Source: an uncultured Gemmatimonadales bacterium
GTDB taxonomy: Bacteria > Gemmatimonadota > Gemmatimonadetes > Gemmatimonadales > GWC2-71-9
Reading direction: 5' to 3'
DNA length: 64,000 nucleotides
Assembly (NCBI GenBank): GCA_963730185.1
Contig: CAVSQW010000009.1
Coordinates: forward strand, 1 to 64,000
Part shown: piece by piece, positions 51,973 to 62,315 of the stretch
Numbering within the stretch: the first letter of the stretch is position 1
How the letters are laid out: every line of letters begins with the position of its first letter
Translations under genes and position numbers: made by a program
The notes under the pieces: model-generated
Databases searched by the model: none
The model's input: the letters and a program-made list of their open reading frames with translations, nothing else
Told to the model about the DNA's origin: nothing

Positions 51973-53755
51973 CGGGCCCGTCCGGTTTCGGCCCGTCCAC
52001 GCCGTACACCTTGAGCACGTCGTCGAGGGTGATCACCCCGAGGAGCTGACGCACGTTGCCGCGGCTGACGACGGGGAGGACGTTCCGGCGCGTGGTCCCC
52101 ATCCGCTCGAGCGCCACGCTCAGGCTGTGATCGGGATGGAGGTGAGGGAACTCCGGCCCTTCCTCCATCTCCTCGCCCACGGGGAACTCCTCGGCGATCG
52201 TCGCCACCGTCCGGTCGCCCTCGCCCTTGGCCTGGGCTTCGGCCAGGTCGGCGCTGCGGACCACCCCCCGGAGCCCCTGCTGGTCCGAGACCGGCCACGA
52301 GTCGAGCTCCCGATCGCGAATCCGCTCCCAGGCCTCGGAGATCTTCATGTCGGGCGCCAGCACCACCGGGGCGGCCCGGACCGCCGCGCTGACCCGGTGG
52401 CGGCCCAGCCCATCACGCGAAATGGCACCGGGGAGGTGGATCCCATCCTGAAGCGAGAGCGCCTCGTAGATCGGCTCGCGCTGCAACCGGTAGGAGATGA
52501 AGAACGCGATCAGGTTCGCGATCATCAGCGGGACGATGATGGTGTAGTCCCGGGTCACCTCGAAGATCATGATCACCGAGGTGAGCGGCGTCCGCACGAT
52601 CCCCGCGAACGCGGCGCCCATGCCCACCAGCGCGTACGCTCCGGGACCGGCGGTGTATTGCGGCAGGAGCAGGTGCGCCACCTGTCCCACACCCGCGCCC
52701 AGCATCGCCCCGATGAAGAGGCTCGGACCGAAGATGCCGCCCGCGTTACCGGAGGCGTAACAGGCGGCGCTGGCCACCAGCTTGAGCCCGGCCAGGAGCA
52801 GCACGGTCCGGAGGATCAGGTCGCCGTTCAGAGCCTTCTCCACCACGTCGTACCCGACGCCCATGACTTCGGGGAGGAAGAGGCCCATCACCCCGACCAC
52901 CAAGCCCCCGATCGCCGGCTGCCACCACTGGGTGCTGGCCGGCATGGCCATGAACCGGCGGCGGAGATAGAGCAGGAGCTTGACGAACGCCACCGAGCCC
53001 AGGCCACCCACCACCCCGAGGAAGGCGTAGGCGCCGAACTCGATCGGGTTCACCAGGTGGTACCCGGCCACGTGGAACAGCGGCTCGTCGCCCAGCACCA
53101 GGTGGAGCACCATCCACGACGTGGCCGAGCTCAGCACGACCGAGCCGAGCACCGGGGCGTGGAGGTCGCCCATGATCTCTTCGAGGGAGAAGAGCACCGC
53201 GGCGATCGGGGTGTTGAAGGCCGCGGCCAGCGCCGCCGAGCCGCCGATCGGCACCAGCGCCTTGATCTGCTCCTTGCTCAGACCGAGCCGCCGCCCGATG
53301 ACCGAAGCCAGCCCCGCCCCGATCTGCACCGAGGGGCCCTCGCGGCCCAGCGCGATCCCGCTGGCCAGCGACGCCGAGCAGTTGAAGAACTTCCCGAAGG
53401 CGGTCTTGAAGGAGATGTAGCCGTCATTGATGAAGATGGCGGCCTTGGTCTGGGGGACCCCGCTTCCCCGAGCATCGGGGAAGTACTTCTGGATCAGGTA
53501 GCCGGTGCCCAGCGCGCCCAGGATCGGGACCAGGAGCCGCCGGAAGCCGGAGCCGCCGGCCGGGTACATCCTGGCGGCCAGGCGACCGGTGAGCAGGATG
53601 AACGCCACAACCACTAGACCCACGAGCGCACCGATCACCAGACTCATCAGGAGCGCGAGCTGACTCTCCCGCTGGCGGAGCTCGTCGAGCCACGCCCATA
53701 CCCGTTTGGTCCAGTGGTCGCTTGTTTCGGCCGGCGACTGCGGAGAAGATGCCAC
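51965..53755 (-). CDS. ClC family Cl-/H+ antiporter with CBS domains
   Basis: GSGVP, GREGP, AAAFNTPIAAVLFSLEE, GGIFGP, IYE and a C-terminal CBS pair. Confidence 0.92.
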   Translation of the reverse strand: MASSPQSPAETSDHWTKRVWAWLDELRQRESQLALLMSLVIGALVGLVVVAFILLTGRLAARMYPAGGSGFRRLLVPILGALGTGYLIQKYFPDARGSGVPQTKAAIFINDGYISFKTAFGKFFNCSASLASGIALGREGPSVQIGAGLASVIGRRLGLSKEQIKALVPIGGSAALAAAFNTPIAAVLFSLEEIMGDLHAPVLGSVVLSSATSWMVLHLVLGDEPLFHVAGYHLVNPIEFGAYAFLGVVGGLGSVAFVKLLLYLRRRFMAMPASTQWWQPAIGGLVVGVMGLFLPEVMGVGYDVVEKALNGDLILRTVLLLAGLKLVASAACYASGNAGGIFGPSLFIGAMLGAGVGQVAHLLLPQYTAGPGAYALVGMGAAFAGIVRTPLTSVIMIFEVTRDYTIIVPLMIANLIAFFISYRLQREPIYEALSLQDGIHLPGAISRDGLGRHRVSAAVRAAPVVLAPDMKISEAWERIRDRELDSWPVSDQQGLRGVVRSADLAEAQAKGEGDRTVATIAEEFPVGEEMEEGPEFPHLHPDHSLSVALERMGTTRRNVLPVVSRGNVRQLLGVITLDDVLKVYGVDGPKPDGPGG

Positions 53756-53809
53756 GGAGCCAATATAGGTACCCCGCGCGGATATCAAGCCCGCCGCGGG
53801 ATCACGCCC

Positions 53810-54805
53810 TCAGAGTGGACCGCCGGGGCCCGACTTCTCCTGACCTCCGTCGTACCCGCTGGCGGCCAGGAACCGGTCCGCGTCCCTCATCGTGATGATC
53901 TCGGCGATCGCGGCCCGCTTGTCCTCGGCCCGGTCGTAGTAGGCCTCGGTGATCCGGTAGCCGATGTAGTACCCCAGGTCGGGCGGCCGGTCGACCGACT
54001 GGTCGCCTTGGTACATCCACGCACTCACGTCCCGGCCGTGCATCACCTTCCGGAACTCGTCCCAGAGGGCCGCCTCGTGCGCGTCGCCATACAGGTGCTG
54101 GATCCGGTTGATGATCCCGCCGGAGATCAACTGGCCGAGGAAGTCGGCCGAGCCCTCCCGGAGGGCCTGGTCGAGGAGGGTCAGCGATCCCTTCGCCTCC
54201 GGCTGCTGAAAGTGGATCAGCTCGTGGGCGACGATGCTCGGTAGCACGTCGGACGAGGTGACCACCGCCTTCTCCCACGGGGTCAGCTCGTCGGTCGGGG
54301 TGCCCAGGTCACGGGCGTACATCTCCGCCCCGATGATCAGGCCGACCTCGCCCGCCGTTCCCCCCGAGTTGAGCCGGCCGATCACGAAGTAGACGTTCGG
54401 GAACACCGCCTCGGAGTAGAGATCCGCCAGGCGGTGGAAGCTGGCCCGGATTCGGGCTTTCACGGCCCCCGCGGTGTCGACCGCCAGGGTGGTACCCCGG
54501 ATGGCGGCGTAGTAGCGCGGGCGGGCCGCCACCGTACCCGCCAGGGCCCGGGCGTTGACGATCCGGCCCCGAAGAAACGCCTTGAGCCCCGGCGTCCCCG
54601 GCTCGAGGTAGAGGTGTTGGAAGCGATCGGCCCCGTCCAGCAGGGTGGCGCCGTCGAGCGCCGACCAGAACCGGGGAATGTCCTCGGTTACCAGCCGGGC
54701 GGCATCGGGGTCGTGATTTCGGACCGCCTCCTGGGCAGCCACCGGCCGGCCGAAAAACCCCGCCCCGAGGAGCAGAACGAGCCACCCGGACAACCCGGAG
54801 CTCAC
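53810..54805 (-). CDS. secreted DUF2268-like putative Zn-dependent protease
   Basis: Signal peptide; IVAHELIH, EGSADF and DLGYYIGYRI. Confidence 0.75.
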   Translation of the reverse strand: MSSGLSGWLVLLLGAGFFGRPVAAQEAVRNHDPDAARLVTEDIPRFWSALDGATLLDGADRFQHLYLEPGTPGLKAFLRGRIVNARALAGTVAARPRYYAAIRGTTLAVDTAGAVKARIRASFHRLADLYSEAVFPNVYFVIGRLNSGGTAGEVGLIIGAEMYARDLGTPTDELTPWEKAVVTSSDVLPSIVAHELIHFQQPEAKGSLTLLDQALREGSADFLGQLISGGIINRIQHLYGDAHEAALWDEFRKVMHGRDVSAWMYQGDQSVDRPPDLGYYIGYRITEAYYDRAEDKRAAIAEIITMRDADRFLAASGYDGGQEKSGPGGPL

Positions 54806-55146
54806 GACCGCAGCTCGAGCAGCCGCTCCGGCGGCCGCCCCACGACGGCCCGGTCGCCCAGGACGCCGATCGGCCGGGCCAGGAGGGTCGGATGCTTGGC
54901 GATCAGGGGTACGAGCGCCGAGTCGCTCTCGGTGCCGGTCAGGCCCAGCGCCTGGTAGGCGGCATCGTTCTTCCGGAGGAGCGTCCGCGCCGGCACGCCG
55001 AGTAGCCCGACCAGGCGCTTCAGCTCGGCCGCCGACAGCGGCTCCTTCCGGTAGTCCCGGTAGCGATACCCCACCGAGTGTTGGTTCAGCAAGGCGACCG
55101 CCTTGCGGCAGGTGCTTCAGGTCCGGGTGCAGATCAACTCGATCAT
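54802..55146 (-). CDS. ArsC/Spx family thioredoxin-fold protein; candidate selenoprotein (UxxC)
   Basis: AGGAGG RBS, then ATG 55146: MIELICTRT-[TGA 55119-55117]-STCRKAVALL...RDYRKEPLSAAEL...HPTLLARPI...AVVGRPPE, in frame with ORF 54802..55092. Confidence 0.8.
55089..55106 (-). promoter_or_regulatory. bacterial SECIS-like hairpin
   Basis: GCAAGGC-GGUC-GCCUUGC starts 10 nt downstream of the in-frame UGA. Confidence 0.6.
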
Positions 55147-55329
55147 GCCGACGCCTCCTGGTGCGAAACGGGACCATGATGAATTCTAGCCTTGGGCGGA
55201 CCGGTCGTCACGATCCCGGGGGGCGGGCTTGCTCCTTTCCCAGCCCGGGATAGCATTGTCAATCGTTCGGGCGGGCCGGTCCAGCCGGCGACGCCCGGTG
55301 CCCGTTTCGACCCGCCTCCCCGGTGCGTC

Positions 55330-55692
55330 ATGTCCTACCTCCTCAACGCGGTTCCGGTGCTCGCCGTGGACGACCTCGATCAGGCCATCGCGTTCTATCA
55401 GCACCGGCTTGGCTTCGACCTGGTTTGGACCTGGGGCGAGCCGGCCACCGTCGCGGCCGTCGTTCGGGACGACGTGGAGGTGAACCTGGCCCGCCGGGGC
55501 GTCAACGGCTCGCGCGGCGCCTCGAGCGTCTACCTCCGGCTCACGGACGTCGACGAGTTCTACGCCGAGTGCGAGCGGCGGGGTGCCAGCCCGGCGGGGC
55601 CGCCCGAAGACCAGCCCTACGGCATGCGGGAGTTCTCCCTGATCGACTCGAGCGGGAACAAGCTGAGCTTCGGGGAAGCCGTGGTCGAATGA
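55330..55692 (+). CDS. VOC / glyoxalase-bleomycin resistance family protein
   Basis: PVLAVDDLDQAIAFYQHRLGF...DQPYGMREF...D..GN.L.FG. Confidence 0.9.
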   Translation: MSYLLNAVPVLAVDDLDQAIAFYQHRLGFDLVWTWGEPATVAAVVRDDVEVNLARRGVNGSRGASSVYLRLTDVDEFYAECERRGASPAGPPEDQPYGMREFSLIDSSGNKLSFGEAVVE

Positions 55693-56933
55693 GGGGTCGG
55701 CCCGGCGCCCGGATCGGGTGGCTTGGAGCCCTGGTCGGGCTCCTCGCCGCGCTGGTCGGCTGCCGGGGTCCGGCGCCGAGCGTCGCCCCCAAGCAGCCCC
55801 CGACGGTCGTGCTGGTGGGATTGGACGGGTTTCGGGCCGACTACCTCGACCGGCCCGGGGCCGTCACCCTCCGGCGGTTGGCGGACGAAGGCGTCCGGGC
55901 GGTTCGGATGGTGCCATCCTTCCCGACCAAGACCTACCCGAACTTCTATACCCTCGCGACCGGCCTCTACCCCGAGCACCACGGGCTCGTCGCCAACACC
56001 ATGTACGACCCCACCTTCAAGGCCTGGTTTCGGCTGAGCGACCGTTCGGCGGTCCAGGATCCCCGGTGGTGGGGCGGCGAACCGATCTGGAACACGGCCG
56101 TGAAGCAGGGACGGAAGGCCATGGTGTTCTTCTGGCCTGGCTCCGAAGCGCCGGTCCAGGGGATGCACCCGACCGAGTACCGGATCTACGACGAGAAGAT
56201 CCCGAACACGGTCCGGGTCCGGCAGGTGCTCGACTGGGCCTCGCGGACCGGCGCCGAACGGCCGGCGCTGGTGGCGATGTATCTGAACGATACCGACGAC
56301 GCCGGCCACTGGGCCGGGCCCGACTCACCCGCCGTGGACTCGGCGATCGCGCGAATGGACTCCGCCGTGGCCCGGCTGGTCGCGGGCTTCGACGCCCGGG
56401 GCCTCACCGGCAAGATCAATCTGGTGATCGTGGCCGACCACGGAATGACCGCTCTCGACCCGAGCCGCCAGATCTTCCTGGACGACTACCTCCCGCTCTC
56501 GGCCGCCAGGATCGTGGACCTGGCGCCGGTGACCGGGCTGGCGCCCCGCGGCGAGTCGGTCGATCAGATCGTGGCCCGGCTTCGGGGGAAGCCCCACGTC
56601 TCGGTCTACCGCCGGAGCGAAACCCCCGCCCGGTGGCACTATCGCGACAACCCCCGGATTCCCCCGATCATCCTCGTCGCCGACGACGGCTGGCAGCTCA
56701 CCACTCACGCGCTGAGCCGGCGGACCCCGTTCCCCGGCGGGAACCATGGCTACCCGCCCGACTGGCCCTCGATGGGGGCGGTCTTCGTGGCCTGGGGACC
56801 CGCCTTCAAGCGAGGGCTGGTCGTCCCGCCCTTCCAGAACATCCACGTCTATCCGCTGCTGGCCCACCTGATGCACGTCGAGCCGGCCCCAACCGATGGC
56901 CGGCTCGACTCCGTGCGGGCAATGCTGCGTTAG
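55689..56933 (+). CDS. nucleotide pyrophosphatase/phosphodiesterase (alkaline phosphatase superfamily) lipoprotein
   Basis: LDGFRADY, FPTKTYPNFYTLATGLYPEHHG, D..GH..GP, ADHGM and GNHGY. Confidence 0.9.
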   Translation: MRGRPGARIGWLGALVGLLAALVGCRGPAPSVAPKQPPTVVLVGLDGFRADYLDRPGAVTLRRLADEGVRAVRMVPSFPTKTYPNFYTLATGLYPEHHGLVANTMYDPTFKAWFRLSDRSAVQDPRWWGGEPIWNTAVKQGRKAMVFFWPGSEAPVQGMHPTEYRIYDEKIPNTVRVRQVLDWASRTGAERPALVAMYLNDTDDAGHWAGPDSPAVDSAIARMDSAVARLVAGFDARGLTGKINLVIVADHGMTALDPSRQIFLDDYLPLSAARIVDLAPVTGLAPRGESVDQIVARLRGKPHVSVYRRSETPARWHYRDNPRIPPIILVADDGWQLTTHALSRRTPFPGGNHGYPPDWPSMGAVFVAWGPAFKRGLVVPPFQNIHVYPLLAHLMHVEPAPTDGRLDSVRAMLR

Positions 56934-57913
56934 GGGATATGGGGCTTCTTGAAGAGGCCCTTGAGCTTGCTGGTGGCCTTGTGCTTCGCCTCGTCGACCG
57001 CCGCTTGCTTCATCGCCTCCACCATCGCGTTGCCGGCCGCCGCGAGCACCTTGTTCATGTCGAGATTCTTGATGACGTTGCAGGCCGCTTCCATCTGCTG
57101 CTTGTCGGCCTCCGTCATCTCGGTCGGCTTGCCCTCCGCCTGCGCCTTGGCCCGGGCCGCCTCGAGCTCCGTCTTGGCCTTGGCCAGTGAGTCGGAAAGC
57201 TCCTGGCTGGCCAAATAGCCCACGAAGCCCCGGGCCGCGGAGTCGGCGTTCTCGGCGACGGGCGCGACCTCGAACGTCACCCCGGCCGGCTTCTCGAAGG
57301 CCGTCGCCGGTGGCGGCGCCAACGACACCGACGTCGCCGTCTCCTCGAACTTGAAGCAGAGCAGGTTCCCGGAGGTGTGGAGCGAGATCTGGGGCTCCTT
57401 CTTCATGGTGCAGACGTCGAACCCCATCATCTGACGCTCCTCGCACACTTGGCCCGCGTAGGTCTTCTCGCCCATCGACTTGGCGCTGGACGCGATCGAC
57501 GGGACGTCGAAGACCCGGCTGAACATCGTGCCCATTTCCTGGATGTTCTGGTGGAATCGCTGCTTGCCCGACTTGTCGAGCCCGTCGTAAGCCTTGGCCA
57601 TGTGCGGGAGCAGGTTGGGGGCTTGGGTTCCCCGCTTCTTGATCAGGTCGGCGTTGTACATCGAATCCGGCGTGACCAGCATCCAAGTGGACGACTTGGT
57701 CTCCTTCCCCATCATCTTGATGGTCGACGTGTTGGTCGTCACCATCCGGTCCCCGTCGAACGCCCGCGATGCCGTTCCCTTGGAATCGCCCCCGAGCTGG
57801 TACTCGACCTGCCCCTTGAGGTTGGATTTCGGGAGCTTGAAGGGGTTCTGCTGCGCCGCGGCCGGCGCCGCGAGCGCCACCGCGCCCAGGACTGCCATGA
57901 CTTCTCGCCGCAT
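56930..57913 (-). CDS. secreted hypothetical protein (possibly DUF4412-like)
   Basis: GGAG RBS, signal peptide and GEKTYAGQVC motif. Confidence 0.65.
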   Translation of the reverse strand: MRREVMAVLGAVALAAPAAAQQNPFKLPKSNLKGQVEYQLGGDSKGTASRAFDGDRMVTTNTSTIKMMGKETKSSTWMLVTPDSMYNADLIKKRGTQAPNLLPHMAKAYDGLDKSGKQRFHQNIQEMGTMFSRVFDVPSIASSAKSMGEKTYAGQVCEERQMMGFDVCTMKKEPQISLHTSGNLLCFKFEETATSVSLAPPPATAFEKPAGVTFEVAPVAENADSAARGFVGYLASQELSDSLAKAKTELEAARAKAQAEGKPTEMTEADKQQMEAACNVIKNLDMNKVLAAAGNAMVEAMKQAAVDEAKHKATSKLKGLFKKPHIP

Positions 57914-58059
57914 TGCTATCTCCAGTCTTTTCCAATGGTTAGAGGTACTCTGCCACCCGGCGGAAGGCGATCCGGGTGGGCCCATCTCGGGGTAACGAGG
58001 CGGTCGGCCGACCCGATTCCCCTGCCCCGGTCGCGATCCTGGCCCCATATTCTCCCTCC

Positions 58060-58698
58060 ATGTCCGACTACCCCAACCTCACCGTCCTGGATCACCCGCT
58101 GATCCAGCACAAGCTCGCGATCCTCCGGGACCGTTCGACGGCCACGAAGAACTTCCGGCAGTTGGTGGGCGAGATCGCCATGTTGATGACGTATGAGGTT
58201 ACCCGCAATCTACCCACGGAACCCGTCGAGGTCGAAACCCCGCTGGAGGTGATGACGGCCCGGCGGGTGGCGGGGAAGAAGCTCGCGCTGGTCCCGATTC
58301 TCCGGGCCGGTCTGGGCATGGTGGACGGAATCTTGCAGCTCATTCCCTCCGCCCGGGTCGGGCACGTCGGGCTCTTTCGGGACCACGACACCCTGAAGCC
58401 GGTGAGTTACTACTTCAAGGTACCGGCCGCCGAGGCCGATCGGGACTTGCTGGTGCTGGACCCGATGCTCGCCACCGGCGGGTCGGCGGTCGCGGCGATC
58501 AGCACCCTCAAGGAGACCGGCGCCTCGCGGATTCGCTTCCTCTGCCTGGTGGCCGCGCCGGAAGGAGTGAGAACCATGAACCAAGCCCATCCCGACGTGC
58601 CGGTCTACGCGGCCTCCCTGGACCGGAAGCTCAACGACGTCGGCTACATCCTGCCCGGCCTCGGCGACGCCGGCGACCGGCTCTTCGGGACCCGATGA
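58060..58698 (+). CDS. upp: uracil phosphoribosyltransferase
   Basis: [27 protein letters not shown] and [17 protein letters not shown]. Confidence 0.97.
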   Translation: MSDYPNLTVLDHPLIQHKLAILRDRSTATKNFRQLVGEIAMLMTYEVTRNLPTEPVEVETPLEVMTARRVAGKKLALVPILRAGLGMVDGILQLIPSARVGHVGLFRDHDTLKPVSYYFKVPAAEADRDLLVLDPMLATGGSAVAAISTLKETGASRIRFLCLVAAPEGVRTMNQAHPDVPVYAASLDRKLNDVGYILPGLGDAGDRLFGTR

Positions 58699-60086
58699 GT
58701 ATTCGAGTCACCTTCTGGGGCGCGGCCGGCGAGGTCACCGGCTCGATGCACCTGCTCGAGGCGGCCGGCGCCCGGATCCTCCTCGACGGTGGGCTGTTCC
58801 AGGGCCGTCGCGCCGAAGCGGCGCGCAAGAACCGCGAGCTCCCGTTCGACGCCCGGCGGATCGACGCCGTGATCCTGAGCCACGCCCACATCGACCATTC
58901 CGGGCGGCTGCCGCTCCTGGTGCGGCACGGATTCCACGGCCCCATCCACGCCACCCCGGCTACCCGTGACCTCTGCGCGGTGATGCTCGCCGACGCGGCC
59001 CACATCCAGATGAAGGATGCCGAGTTTCTGACCCGCCACGGCCGGCCGCGGGGACCGGAGAGCGAGCCGCTCTATACCATCGCCGACGCAATGGGCGTCC
59101 AGGATCTGATGGTCGGCCTGCCCTATCGCCGGGTGAACCACCTCCGGAAACACCTCGCCTTCGAGTTCGCCGAGGCTGGTCACATCCTCGGCTCGGCCTC
59201 GGTGGTGCTCCGGCTCACCGAGGACGGCGGCCGCCGGATCGTCTTCTCCGGCGACATCGGCCGGTTCGGGCTCCCGATCATTCGCGACCCCGATCCGCCC
59301 GCCGGGCCGATCGACGCCTTGATCGTCGAGTCCACCTATGGCAACCGGGAGCACGAGTCCACCGGCGACGCCGAGCGTCGCCTCGGCGAGATCATCCGGA
59401 GGACGGCGGCCCGGGGCGGCAAGGTACTGGTCCCGTCCTTCGCCCTGGGCCGGACCCAGGAGCTGGTCTACGCCCTCCACCAGATGTACCGAGCCGGGAC
59501 CATCCCCGAGATCCCGATCTATGTCGATAGCCCCCTGGCCATCGATGCCACCTCGGTCTTCCGGATGCACCCCGAAGTGTTCGACCGCCGGGAGAAGCTG
59601 ATCGAGCGGACCGACCATATCTTCGACTTCCCCCTGGTCCACTACACCCGCGACGTCGAGGAGTCGAAGCGGCTCAACTCGCTTCACGGACCGGCGGTCA
59701 TCATCGCGGCCTCCGGCATGGCCGAGTCGGGCCGAATCCTCCACCACCTGGCCAACCACATCGGCAACCACCGAAACTGCGTGCTCTTCGTCGGATTCCA
59801 GGCCGAGCACACCCTGGGTCGCCGGATCCTCGAGGGCCAGAAGCAGGTCAAGATCTTCGGTGAGCTGGTCGAGCGCCGGGCCGAGGTGGAGAGCATCGGC
59901 GGGTACTCGGCCCACGCCGACAAGCACGAGCTCCGGACCTGGGTCAAGCGGCTGGGGGGCCCGATCCGAAGGGCATTCGTGGTCCACGGCGAGCCCGACG
60001 CCGCTCAGGCGATGGGTCAGATCCTGACCGAGGAAGGCGTGGGCGAGGTGGTCATTCCCCAACTGGGCCAGTCGTTCGACCTGTGA
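58695..60086 (+). CDS. MBL-fold beta-CASP ribonuclease
   Basis: [46 protein letters not shown] and SAHAD. Confidence 0.92.
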   Translation: MSIRVTFWGAAGEVTGSMHLLEAAGARILLDGGLFQGRRAEAARKNRELPFDARRIDAVILSHAHIDHSGRLPLLVRHGFHGPIHATPATRDLCAVMLADAAHIQMKDAEFLTRHGRPRGPESEPLYTIADAMGVQDLMVGLPYRRVNHLRKHLAFEFAEAGHILGSASVVLRLTEDGGRRIVFSGDIGRFGLPIIRDPDPPAGPIDALIVESTYGNREHESTGDAERRLGEIIRRTAARGGKVLVPSFALGRTQELVYALHQMYRAGTIPEIPIYVDSPLAIDATSVFRMHPEVFDRREKLIERTDHIFDFPLVHYTRDVEESKRLNSLHGPAVIIAASGMAESGRILHHLANHIGNHRNCVLFVGFQAEHTLGRRILEGQKQVKIFGELVERRAEVESIGGYSAHADKHELRTWVKRLGGPIRRAFVVHGEPDAAQAMGQILTEEGVGEVVIPQLGQSFDL

Positions 60087-60681
60087 GCCGCCGGCTGCTC
60101 CGGCTCGGAGGGCTGGTGCTCGGAGTCCTCGTGGCGGGTTACGTCGCGCTCCTTGGCTGGGTCTACCAGGTGAGCCGGGAAGACCAGGCTCGGCCCGTCG
60201 ACGCCATCGTCGTGCTCGGGGCCGCGCACTACAACGGCAAGCCCTCCCCGTCCTCCGGGGCCGGCTCGACCACGCCCTGAGCCTCTACCGGCAAGGCCTC
60301 GCCCCTCATCTAGTGGTGACCGGCGGCACCCACCCCGGCGACCGGGAGAGCGAAGCCGCCGTCCAGCGCCATTACCTGCTCGAACACCAGGTGCCGGACT
60401 CGGTGATCGTCCCCCTCGACCGGGGCAGCTCGACCGAAGAGTCGATCATCGCCCTCGGTGACTGGATGCACGGCCACGGTCTCCACTCCGCGCTCCTGGT
60501 GAGCGACGGATTCCACCTGGGACGGCTCCGGATCGAAGCCCGCCGGCTCCAGCTCGAGGCGTATACCTCACCCACCCCGGCGAGCGCCATCGCCCCCGGC
60601 AGCCGGCTCGAATGGGACTTCCTGGCCAAGGAAGCCCTCAAGGTACCGGTCGCCTGGGCCCGCCAGGTCACGGGTTGGTAG
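60083..60681 (+). CDS. YdcF/DUF218 family protein (frameshift ~60250)
   Basis: DAIVVLGAA.YNGKPSP, VTGG...SEA and LVSD.FH. Confidence 0.8.
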
Positions 60682-60705
60682 CCCGGAACCCCAACCACGA
60701 CTGCC

Positions 60706-61242
60706 ATGCTGCTCTCCACCGAACGCTGTTATACCGGCCGGGTCATCAACGTCGAGCACGACCAGGTCGAGTTCCCCGACGGCTCCCGGGCCATGCTCGA
60801 GATGGTCCGCCACCCCGGCGCCGCCGCGGTGGTGCCCTTCCTCGACGATCCGGCCGAGGCCGACCCGCGGATCCTCCTGATTCGACAGTTCCGGCATGCG
60901 GCCGACGACTTCATCTGGGAGATCCCGGCGGGTACCCTGGGCCGGGGCGAGGACCCCGAGGCCTGCGCCTACCGGGAGCTGGAGGAGGAGGCCGGCTGGC
61001 GGGCGGCTCAGGTCCGCCACCTCACCACCGTGTATACCACCCCCGGGTTCACCGACGAGAGGATCCATCTCTATCTAGCCACCGGACTCTCGCCGTCCGC
61101 CGCCCAGCCCGAACCCGACGAATTCATCAGCGTGCATGAGGTCCGCTGGTCGGAGGTCGGACGGATGATCCGCCAGGGCGAGATCCGCGACGCCAAGACC
61201 CTCTGCACCCTGTTCTACGTCCAGGCGTTCTTGCGCCGCTGA
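60706..61242 (+). CDS. NUDIX hydrolase (ADP-ribose pyrophosphatase-like)
   Basis: HPGAAAV, EIPAGTL..GEDP..CA.RELEEEAG, TPGFTDE and I.DAKT. Confidence 0.9.
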   Translation: MLLSTERCYTGRVINVEHDQVEFPDGSRAMLEMVRHPGAAAVVPFLDDPAEADPRILLIRQFRHAADDFIWEIPAGTLGRGEDPEACAYRELEEEAGWRAAQVRHLTTVYTTPGFTDERIHLYLATGLSPSAAQPEPDEFISVHEVRWSEVGRMIRQGEIRDAKTLCTLFYVQAFLRR

Positions 61243-61263
61243 TCCGGCTGTAGATTGGCGGGC

Positions 61264-62315
61264 ATGGCGGCGCCTTCCTTCGACTCCTTCTTCCGAGGCC
61301 TCCTCAAGGGCGAGGTCCCACCCGCCGTGTACCTCTACGGACCCGAAGACGTCCTGAAAGAGGAAGCGGTGAGCGAGCTGCTCGAGCGGACGCTCGACCC
61401 CTCGCTCCGCGACTTCAACCTCGACGAAGTCTCGGCCACGTCACTAGATCCGGAACGGGCCGAGACGCTGTGCACCACCCTGCCGATGATGGCCGAGCGG
61501 CGGGTAGTGATCGTCCGGGAGGTCGAAGCCTGGAACCGGCGGGCCAAGGCCAAGGGAGTGATCCTTCGCTATCTGGAGCACCCCGCCCCCGAAACCGTGC
61601 TGGTGTTGGTGCAGAGTGCGGGCGACGCCGCCCCCGACAAGGAGCTCGCGGCCCGGACCATGGCCGTCTCCGCCGACCCGCTGCCGCCCCAACGGGCGCT
61701 CAAGTGGCTTCTCCGGCACGCCAAGCGGCTCGGGGTGACGCTCGACGAGGACGCGGCAGACCACCTGGTCCGGGCCACCGACGCCAGCCTGAGCCTCCTC
61801 CGGACCGAACTGGCCAAGCTCAGTGGACTGGCCGGCGACGAGCCCCTGAGCCTTGACCGGGTGGCTGCGCTCCTGGGTGTTCGCCACGGCGAGACCCAGT
61901 TCGACTGGCGCGATCTCGTCCTCGGGGTCAGACGGCCAAGGCGGTGACGGTACTGCCGCACCTCCTGGCCCAGAGCGGGGTGACCGGGGTGTCGCTGGTG
62001 ATGATGCTCGGGACCAGTCTCGTCGGTCTCGGGTTGGCCCGGGCCCATTACGATCGGGGCGCCCAGGGAAGCGCGCTGGCGGGAGCCGTCAAACGATCGC
62101 TGTTCCAGGCCCGTCCCGCGCGAGTGAGCTACGACGCCGCGGCGCGGGAGTGGAGCGCCTTGGCACCGGAGTGGCCGGCCCGCCGGATCGAAGCGGCTCT
62201 CCGCGCGACGCTCGCCGCCGACGAGCGTCTCAAGAGTACGACCGTGTCGGACGAACGGGGGATCCTGATGGATCTGATTCTCGAGCTGGGCTGGTCCCGG
62301 AAGGCGGCCGCATGA
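61264..62315 (+). CDS. holA: DNA polymerase III subunit delta (frameshift ~61930)
   Basis: PAVYLYGPED, DFNLD, TLPMMAERRVVIV, ELAKL and C-terminal ADERLKS. Confidence 0.85.

Noticed and set aside
57953..57979. Hairpin CCACCCGG...CCGGGTGG upstream of upp as a PyrR-type attenuator
   Set aside because: There is no PyrR-binding loop consensus or U-tract, and the probable upp -10 box lies downstream of it.
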